This document shows positions 56,300-64,000 of a DNA stretch of 64,000 nucleotides, one piece after another. The notes under the pieces are model-generated. The model was not told the origin of the DNA. It worked only from the letters and a program-made list of their open reading frames with translations, and did not search any database. This DNA is from Gemmatimonadota bacterium (GTDB lineage: Bacteria > Gemmatimonadota > Gemmatimonadetes > Gemmatimonadales > GWC2-71-9), in the NCBI GenBank assembly GCA_003222195.1, contig QHVB01000026.1, forward strand, positions 71,662-135,661. The letters are read 5' to 3'. Position 1 is the stretch's first letter; every line of letters starts with the position of its first letter. The position numbers and the translations under genes are program-made.

Positions 56300-57091
56300 A
56301 TGCTCCTCGCCCTCGACATCGGCAACACCGAGACCACAGTTGGGCTGTTCGCCGGTGATCGGCTGGTGGCGCATTGGCGCCTGCATACAACCCCGCAGCG
56401 CACGCCCGACGAGTGGGCAGCGGCTTTCACGGCGCAGCTGACCCAGGCGGGCCATTCGACCGAAGAGATTCGCGCCGCCATCGTGGCATCCGTCGCGCCA
56501 CAGGTGACTCACAGCGTCTGCGACGGGATCCAAGCGGCGACAACGCGCGAGCCGGTCCGGGTGGACGGCCGATCCAAACTTCCCGTGGTGCTCGACGTCG
56601 ACGAGCCGCTCACCGTCGGCGCGGACCGCATCGTCAACACCCTGGCCGCCGTGGAGCTGTTCAAGCAAGACACGATCGTCGTGGACTTCGGCACGGCGAC
56701 GACGTTCGACTGCATCACGGTCGATGGGAAACGCGGAGGCCGTTTCATCGGCGGCGTCATCATGCCCGGCGTCCGCACCGCATCCGATGAGTTGGTGCGC
56801 AAGACAGCGAAGCTTCCCGCGACCGAGCTCCTGCCGCCCACCCGCGCGATCGGGCGCCGCACGGAGGATTGCATTCGCGTCGGCGTGCTGTGGGGCACCG
56901 CCGATGCGGTGGACGGTCTCGTCCGCCGCATCAAGGCCGAGTGGCCGTCCAAGACGCGGCCGATGGTGGTGGCGACTGGCGGGCTCGCCGGTCTTGTCGC
57001 GCCGCTCTGCAAAGAAATCGAATCGGTGCACGCCGACCTGACGCTCATCGGCCTGCGGATCGCGGCAGCGGCGCTCGGCCTGACGTGGTAA
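56300..57091 (+). CDS. coaX: type III pantothenate kinase
   Basis: MLLALDIGNTETTVGLF, GADRIVN, VVDFGTATTFD and GGLA motifs. Confidence 0.9.
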   Translation: MLLALDIGNTETTVGLFAGDRLVAHWRLHTTPQRTPDEWAAAFTAQLTQAGHSTEEIRAAIVASVAPQVTHSVCDGIQAATTREPVRVDGRSKLPVVLDVDEPLTVGADRIVNTLAAVELFKQDTIVVDFGTATTFDCITVDGKRGGRFIGGVIMPGVRTASDELVRKTAKLPATELLPPTRAIGRRTEDCIRVGVLWGTADAVDGLVRRIKAEWPSKTRPMVVATGGLAGLVAPLCKEIESVHADLTLIGLRIAAAALGLTW

Positions 57092-58011
57092 CGGACGCGC
57101 GGACCCTCAACGCCTGGCGCCGGTTCGGATATCGCCTCCTCCCCGGTGATGTCTACTCCTACATCCTGCATATGCGTCCCGCCGAATGGCCGATCATGGC
57201 GGGCCATACGCTGCTTGGCTACGTACTCGCGGTGGGGGTGCGGGGAGCATTGAGCGGAGAGCACATTGGCGCGGCGCTCCGGGCGCTGGGCATCTGGGTC
57301 GTGTTCCTCAACGGCGGCACGCTCGCGCTTAATAGCGTGTTCGACAAGGATGAGGGCGACATCGGGTACCTGAACGCGCCCCCACCGCTGCCGCGGTATT
57401 TGCTGCACTTCAGTGCTGCCCTGCTCGTCATCGGTCAGTTGCTCGCGTTCACGCTCCCCGCCGGGTTTCAGATTGCGTATGCGATCTGTTTCATCTTGTC
57501 GATCCTCTATTCGGTTCCCCCATTTCGATTCAAGGCGGTCGCGGGTGTGGACTGGGTCATCAACATGTGGGGGTTCGGTTCGCTCACGCCGTACGCCGCC
57601 TGGGCCGCGACCGGGCGGCCGCTCGATGTCGGGCATGGTCTCGTGCTCCTCGCGTTTTGCCCTCTGTTCGCCGGGCTCTATCCACTCACTCAACTGTATC
57701 AGTTCGATGAAGACCGCCGGCGCGGCGATCGGACGCTGGCCCTGATTCTGGGAATGCGGACGAGTCTCGTGGTCGCGACAGTGTGTACGGTGTTGGCGTT
57801 TGGCCTGCTCGGCTGGGCCCTGGTCACGCTCCGCGTGGGGGCCAAAGGATTGGCGCTCTTGCTGCCGCTGGCGGTCTGGCTGGCGGTGCTGCTGCCGTGG
57901 CTGGTCGATCATGCGACGCGCACCCCGCGACAACACCAGCGCGGGATGTACCGGGCGCTGGCCGCATGGGCTGTGACCGATGTCGCGGTCTTGTATGTGT
58001 TTGCCACGTAA
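57085..58011 (+). CDS. UbiA-superfamily prenyltransferase-like membrane protein
   Basis: NSVFDKDEGD and YQFDEDRRRGD Asp-rich motifs, about 8 TM helices. The start is uncertain (GTG 57085 or ATG 57172). Confidence 0.7.
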   Translation: MVTDARTLNAWRRFGYRLLPGDVYSYILHMRPAEWPIMAGHTLLGYVLAVGVRGALSGEHIGAALRALGIWVVFLNGGTLALNSVFDKDEGDIGYLNAPPPLPRYLLHFSAALLVIGQLLAFTLPAGFQIAYAICFILSILYSVPPFRFKAVAGVDWVINMWGFGSLTPYAAWAATGRPLDVGHGLVLLAFCPLFAGLYPLTQLYQFDEDRRRGDRTLALILGMRTSLVVATVCTVLAFGLLGWALVTLRVGAKGLALLLPLAVWLAVLLPWLVDHATRTPRQHQRGMYRALAAWAVTDVAVLYVFAT

Positions 58012-58067
58012 GATGCGGTGTTTAGATTAGCAGCGAGAGTCCATTTCACTCACTTCTCGGGAGACGC

Positions 58068-58673
58068 ATGACTTCCGCGACCATTGACCGCTCTGAGTTC
58101 CGCCACGTGCTGCTGAGCGGAACCATCGTCGGTGTGATCACCGCCGCGGCGGTGATCGTCTATCTCTTGGTCGCACGGCTGTTGTCTCCGGGAATCGTGG
58201 CATCACTGCTCGAAACCGTTGTCGTCCTCGCGGGCGCGGTCGCCGCGGCGTTCTTGCCGGGGTTCTTCGCGAGCTCGCGCACGACGCAGGGGATCGCGAG
58301 TGCTGCGGCCATCGGGCTGTGGGGCACGATCGTGTTCATGGCGATCGACATCATTCTGCTGCGGCCGTTCCGCGCGTTCCCCTGGACGTGGGACGCCGTG
58401 GGCGGCGGCAGCACGTGGTGGTACCTCCCCGTCTGGTGGATGCTCGGCACCTTCCTCGCATGGATGGGCGGGCTCGTGACGGCGGGTCGAGCGGCGCGCG
58501 GTAGTGATCTCGCGATCCCGGCGCTGGCCCTGCCGGTGGTGGTGGGTGCGGCACTCGTGGCGCTCGTGATCACCCTTGCCCGGCTCCACGTGTATCTCCC
58601 GGTCGCTGCCGGCGCGGGTTTCACGCTGGTTCTCACGATTTTGGCTCTCGCCGTCATCGTGCGCAAAGGGTAG
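58068..58673 (+). CDS. hypothetical polytopic membrane protein
   Basis: High-GC3 ORF with several hydrophobic helices. No family recognised. Confidence 0.55.
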   Translation: MTSATIDRSEFRHVLLSGTIVGVITAAAVIVYLLVARLLSPGIVASLLETVVVLAGAVAAAFLPGFFASSRTTQGIASAAAIGLWGTIVFMAIDIILLRPFRAFPWTWDAVGGGSTWWYLPVWWMLGTFLAWMGGLVTAGRAARGSDLAIPALALPVVVGAALVALVITLARLHVYLPVAAGAGFTLVLTILALAVIVRKG

Positions 58674-58679
58674 CGAACC

Positions 58680-58997
58680 ATGCCGAGGTGGTTGGCGCAT
58701 TTGCTCCTGGTGGTGGGGTGGCTTCTCACTCCCGCATGGGCCTGGGCAGCGTCGCACGTCGGCCTCTGGCTCGCTGCGCTGGTCGCGCTGCGGTTCGAGA
58801 ATCCCCTCGTCATGCTCGCCATCGCGGGTGCCGGGGCGCTCGTGTTCGGGTTCGCCGTGCTCTGGACCTGGGTTCGCTTCATGCGCCGTCTCCCGCATCT
58901 CCTCTCCCATCACATGGCGCCCCGCGAGGGGACAGGGACAGGGGCCGCGGCCGGGGCAGGGGCGGAGGAACATGCCGCGATTGCGGCCGCGGATTGA
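58680..58997 (+). CDS. hypothetical small membrane protein
   Basis: High-GC3 frame, three hydrophobic helices, Gly/Ala-rich tail. Overlaps the next gene by 26 nt. Confidence 0.5.
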   Translation: MPRWLAHLLLVVGWLLTPAWAWAASHVGLWLAALVALRFENPLVMLAIAGAGALVFGFAVLWTWVRFMRRLPHLLSHHMAPREGTGTGAAAGAGAEEHAAIAAAD

Positions 58998-59946
58998 ACT
59001 CCTCCTCATAGTTGCCGGCGTCTCACAGCTGCCCGCTCAGGGCCGTGATGTCGATCTCCGACTGGGTCGCTGGTATCAAGGCAATCAGTCCACGTCCTAC
59101 GAGCTGCGCACGGACGCTCCGTTCGGCGGGGTTTTCTCGCAGGGTCTCACCGCGCAGGTGCTGATTCACGACAGCCTCGGACGTCACCGCGCGTTCTACG
59201 GAGCGGGGTGGCAGCTACACGCCTGGCGGCGCCGCTCGACATTCGGACCCTACGCCCTCGCAGGTATCGCGCTCGGCATGTCGACCGATACGACCTCGCA
59301 GGAGCTCGCCGCGCTCTGGACGGTTGGCGCCGGCATGGAGTGGCGGCCTATCGCCTCGTTCGCCATCGGCGTGGAAACCGTTTATCGGCTCCAGGACATA
59401 GGCCCGCGTGGTTTCTGGCGTGCCACGTCGCGTTCCCGAGACGGGATCGCCGCGGCGGCGGGGGTATCGCTGACCATCGGAAGGTCAGTGGATCGGCGCT
59501 GGCCAAGTCCTCGCCGGCCAGAGCGTCCGCCGCTCGCGGTGCCGGGGAGGATCGCCGGCAACGCCGCCGACGTGGTGCACACGGCGCTGGCTGCGCTCGG
59601 CACGCCCTATGTCTGGGGCGGTACCGCCGCGAATGGATTCGATTGCTCCGGACTGGTGCAATGGGCCTACGGCCAGCACGGCATTCGCCTGCCGCGCATG
59701 AGCCGAGACCAGGCGCGCTCCGGAACCGAAGTCACGCCGCTCATCGAAGCTCTGCAGCCCGGAGACGTTCTCCTGTTCGCGGCCCAGCCAGGAGGTGGCA
59801 TCACGCACGTGGGGATGTATGTCGGCGAGCAGACGTTCATTCACAGCTCGAACACCGGCGTCAAGTTGTCGCGGCTCGAGGCGCAGGACTCCGAGGGCGC
59901 GTGGTGGGTGGCGCGGTGGGTGGGGGCGCGACGCATAGTGCAATGA
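58972..59946 (+). CDS. NlpC/P60 (C40) family peptidase with N-terminal beta-rich domain
   Basis: GTPYVWGGTAANGFDCSGLVQWAY...HVGMYVG...FIHSS catalytic Cys-His pattern. GGAGGA SD before ATG 58972. Confidence 0.85.
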   Translation: MPRLRPRIELLLIVAGVSQLPAQGRDVDLRLGRWYQGNQSTSYELRTDAPFGGVFSQGLTAQVLIHDSLGRHRAFYGAGWQLHAWRRRSTFGPYALAGIALGMSTDTTSQELAALWTVGAGMEWRPIASFAIGVETVYRLQDIGPRGFWRATSRSRDGIAAAAGVSLTIGRSVDRRWPSPRRPERPPLAVPGRIAGNAADVVHTALAALGTPYVWGGTAANGFDCSGLVQWAYGQHGIRLPRMSRDQARSGTEVTPLIEALQPGDVLLFAAQPGGGITHVGMYVGEQTFIHSSNTGVKLSRLEAQDSEGAWWVARWVGARRIVQ

Positions 59947-60314
59947 CGCGTGTCGTCGCGCCGATCTGCACATTCCTGTTGATCGGTTGTGCCACTCATC
60001 GGCTTCCCGCCGAGCTCCGCGGCTACGCCATCGTCGTCGAGGAGCGGGATCCGCAGAGCGTTGAGCTGGCGCGCGCCCTCCGCGAGCGCGGCGTGAAGGT
60101 GCGGGCGCGGGTGCGGGGAGGGAGCGGCCGAACGGCGGCCCTGTTCTACTTCACGTATAGCGATCCAGGTCCCGGCCAACCCACCTGGTTTCACGTTCGC
60201 CTGGCCGATACCCGTTCCGGGGCCATCGTCAGCGCCGCGACGGTTCAGCTGGACTCCACTACCTCGACCCAACGCGCCCGAGCTGTCGCCGCCGTGCGGG
60301 CCTTGGCCCCTTGA
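59943..60314 (+). CDS. hypothetical lipoprotein
   Basis: Signal peptide with lipobox-like LLIGC. ATGA overlap with the upstream gene. Confidence 0.55.
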   Translation: MTRVVAPICTFLLIGCATHRLPAELRGYAIVVEERDPQSVELARALRERGVKVRARVRGGSGRTAALFYFTYSDPGPGQPTWFHVRLADTRSGAIVSAATVQLDSTTSTQRARAVAAVRALAP

Positions 60315-60339
60315 CATGATGCTGCAGGCCAGAGAGATT
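60311..60339 (+). promoter_or_regulatory. candidate sigma-70-type promoter of groESL (TTGACA-N17-GAGATT)
   Basis: Perfect -35 hexamer at 60311-60316, then a weak -10 after 17 nt, placed just upstream of the CIRCE operator. Confidence 0.35.
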
Positions 60340-60353
60340 CCCCACGTCGTCCA

Positions 60354-60380
60354 TTAGCACTCACCACCAGTGAGTGCTAA
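60354..60380 (+). promoter_or_regulatory. CIRCE operator (HrcA binding site)
   Basis: TTAGCACTC-N9-GAGTGCTAA is a perfect match to the CIRCE consensus, 39 nt upstream of the groES ATG. Confidence 0.93.
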
Positions 60381-60418
60381 CAGATAATCAAATCAAAGAG
60401 TTACGGAGGCTTCAGGCA

Positions 60419-60727
60419 ATGGCAACAGCAACGAAGGCGAAGTTCAAGGTCTACCCGTTGGCCGATCGGGTCGCGATTCGGCCGATGGAGGAGACCGAGA
60501 CGATGAAGGGTGGGCTCTACATCCCCGATACCGCCAAAGAAAAGCCGATCCAGGGCGAAGTCATCGCCGTGGGACCGGGCCGGCGGGAAAAGGGCGAAAC
60601 GATCCCGATGGAGCTGAAGGTCGGGGACCGCGTGGTCTACGGGAAGTACAGCGGCACGCAGATCGAGTTGGACAACGAAGAGATCATCCTGATCAAAGAA
60701 GCCGACGTCATCGCGAAGCTCGCGTAA
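60419..60727 (+). CDS. groES: co-chaperonin GroES
   Basis: [48 protein letters not shown] at 60405-60409. The listed GTG 60374 start lies inside CIRCE. Confidence 0.93.
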   Translation: MATATKAKFKVYPLADRVAIRPMEETETMKGGLYIPDTAKEKPIQGEVIAVGPGRREKGETIPMELKVGDRVVYGKYSGTQIELDNEEIILIKEADVIAKLA

Positions 60728-60738
60728 GCAGCCTCTAG

Positions 60739-62385
<1,647 letters not shown>

Positions 62386-62425
62386 AAGACCTAGACGTCT
62401 AGGTTGTAACGACTTACGTCGCATG

Positions 62426-62468
62426 CTCCCTCCCGTGTGAGGTTCGGCACGGGGGGGAGCCTTATTTT
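62426..62468 (+). terminator. rho-independent terminator of groESL
   Basis: 12-bp stem CTCCCTCCCGTG/CACGGGGGGGAG (one T-G pair), 10-nt loop, followed by CCTTATTTT. Confidence 0.7.
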
Positions 62469-62473
62469 GGTCC

Positions 62474-64000
62474 ATGACCGTCCCGGCGGAAAAGGCCGCT
62501 CTCTCTCGAGAGTTGGCTGATTTCCTTATCGAGCTCTCCATTGCCCTCCACAAGCACGCGATGTATCCGGAGGGGCACCCCTCGCTTGCCCCGGCCGCGG
62601 CCGGTGTCGCCCGCCGCGCCGAGCATCTTTTCGAAGGTCGGAGCACCCTCGCGCTCGGTGTTGCCCGGCAACAACTCGTCATCGAAGGCGTGGCGACGGA
62701 TGTGAAGAATCCGCTCCTTGCCGAGCTCGCTGGTCGGCTGCATCGCCATCACCTCGGCGCCATCACATTCCAGCGCGGGCTCCGGGTCAGTGAAGTCGGC
62801 GACGTGCTGAAGACGTTGGCCATCGAGGCCGATCGCTCGGGCGAGCCGCTGGGACTCGGACCACCGGAGCAGCTCCGTGCGTGGGATCACATCCGGTTGC
62901 ATCCGGTCACGTACGAGCGGCTCGAGCTGCTGGAGGAAGACGAACAAGCCCCGTCCTCGGATGCCAAGGGAGCCAAGGAGCGGGGACTCCGCGGCTCGCA
63001 GCTCTGGGTAGGACTCGCGCGCGCCGCACTCATGGCGGACGCGCTTGCCGCAGATGATGCGCCCCCACCGCCAACCGAGCCGGCCGTCATTGCCAAGGCG
63101 ATCGATGAGAATCAGCATGGCGCCGCGTACGATCAGGTCATCGTCGGATACCTCCTCCAGATTGCGGATGAATTGAAGCACACCGGCGGCGCGGAGGCGG
63201 TGGCGCTGCGACGCCGCACGTCTAAGCTGGTCGGTGCGCTGCAACCGGCGACCCTGCGCCGCTTGATCGAAATGGGAGGCGATAGCGCGCAGCGTACGAA
63301 GTTCGCGATCGATGCGACGCACGGACTGGCGGTCGATGCGGTCCTCGACATCGTGCGCGCGATGGCGGATGCATCCCACAGGACCATCTCCGATCCACTG
63401 GTGCGGATGTTGTCGAAACTGGCGCAACATGCGGAGCAGGGACCCGCCGAGAAGCGCGCGCGGGCGGACGAGGCATTGCGCGATCAGGTGCGCGATCTGC
63501 TGCACGGCTGGACGCTGGACGATCCCAATCCCGACGGCTACGGGCGCGCGCTGCAGAAAATGGCCGCCGCTTCGCCCGGTGCGATCCCGCGCAACGACGG
63601 GCAACAGGCCGCCGAGCCGTTGCGCATCGTCCAGACGGCAGTTGAAGCCGGAGCGCTGGGGTTCGCTGCCTGGCGCGCGGTCGAACGACTCGTGGCCGAG
63701 CACCACATCGGCGAGCTGGTAGATGTGCTCGCCGCCTCCGCCGATGCGTCCTCCGAGCGCGCGCCCGTCCGGGCCGATATGGCCCCCCTCTGGACGCGCG
63801 TGACCTCGCCGGACGTCGTGCGTCAGCTGGCGACCAACGAACCGCCCGACTTCATCACACTCGATCGCGTGCTGCCGCGGCTCCATGTCGACGCATTCGA
63901 GCCATTGCTCGACGTGCTGGGTGCCTCGGAGTCGCGGACGACACGCCGGGGGCTGCTCGATCGTCTCACGCGTGCCCCCCGCGAGCTCGGTCCCGTGATC
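62474..64000 (+). CDS. hypothetical protein (3' end outside window); N-terminal domain paralogous to that of the HEAT protein at 40787
   Basis: Frame is open from ATG 62474 to the window end (509 codons) with high GC3, but it is not in the ORF track because it has no stop. The listed antisense ORF 62462-63886 is the artefact. Confidence 0.75.
   Translation, partial: MTVPAEKAALSRELADFLIELSIALHKHAMYPEGHPSLAPAAAGVARRAEHLFEGRSTLALGVARQQLVIEGVATDVKNPLLAELAGRLHRHHLGAITFQRGLRVSEVGDVLKTLAIEADRSGEPLGLGPPEQLRAWDHIRLHPVTYERLELLEEDEQAPSSDAKGAKERGLRGSQLWVGLARAALMADALAADDAPPPPTEPAVIAKAIDENQHGAAYDQVIVGYLLQIADELKHTGGAEAVALRRRTSKLVGALQPATLRRLIEMGGDSAQRTKFAIDATHGLAVDAVLDIVRAMADASHRTISDPLVRMLSKLAQHAEQGPAEKRARADEALRDQVRDLLHGWTLDDPNPDGYGRALQKMAAASPGAIPRNDGQQAAEPLRIVQTAVEAGALGFAAWRAVERLVAEHHIGELVDVLAASADASSERAPVRADMAPLWTRVTSPDVVRQLATNEPPDFITLDRVLPRLHVDAFEPLLDVLGASESRTTRRGLLDRLTRAPRELGPVI

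Noticed and set aside
62389-62404. 16-bp perfect palindrome ACCTAGACGTCTAGGT directly after the groEL stop as a protein-binding site.
   Set aside because: It is short, a single copy in the window, and adjacent to the real terminator hairpin. It cannot be distinguished from chance or from part of the 3' UTR structure.

Overview
Densely coding, high-GC (roughly two-thirds G+C by eye) bacterial chromosomal segment. I support about 65 CDS, two tandem tRNA-Ser genes, one cobalamin riboswitch, one CIRCE operator and several structured repeats. Most long antisense ORFs in the six-frame track are high-GC artefacts, and many true starts lie inside the listed ORFs, often as ATGA/GTGA stop-start overlaps. 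Gene order: metK-ahcY; a B12-riboswitch-controlled TonB/ABC uptake operon; recO-selB; clpB-tadA. Next comes a minus-strand tryptophan -> anthranilate -> 2-aminobenzoyl-CoA catabolic operon with a divergent aryl-CoA ligase. After that: citrate synthase, pyrR-pyrB-pyrC, rpsT, scpA-scpB-rluB. A virtually gapless 17 kb chain follows (HEAT protein, MoxR, DUF58, BatA-E-like, mutL, miaA, bshA, uppP, birA, coaX and two UbiA-family genes), then NlpC/P60 and groES-groEL. No defence system, prophage or CRISPR array is evident. Main points for a second look: (1) a creatininase/ArfB-family amidohydrolase occupies the slot of the missing kynurenine formamidase; (2) GC-rich inverted short-repeat arrays and palindromes sit inside coding regions (mutL linker, miaA tail, batD/batE junction) and flank a low-GC four-helix-bundle (23S-IVS/Avd family) gene; (3) an ATGA -> ATAA junction removes a canonical start codon; (4) one gene is readable only across three frames. 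Lineage cannot be assigned without a database search. Content such as the T9SS-type C-terminal domain, Bat operon and bshA hints at an FCB-group or Gemmatimonadota-like organism.
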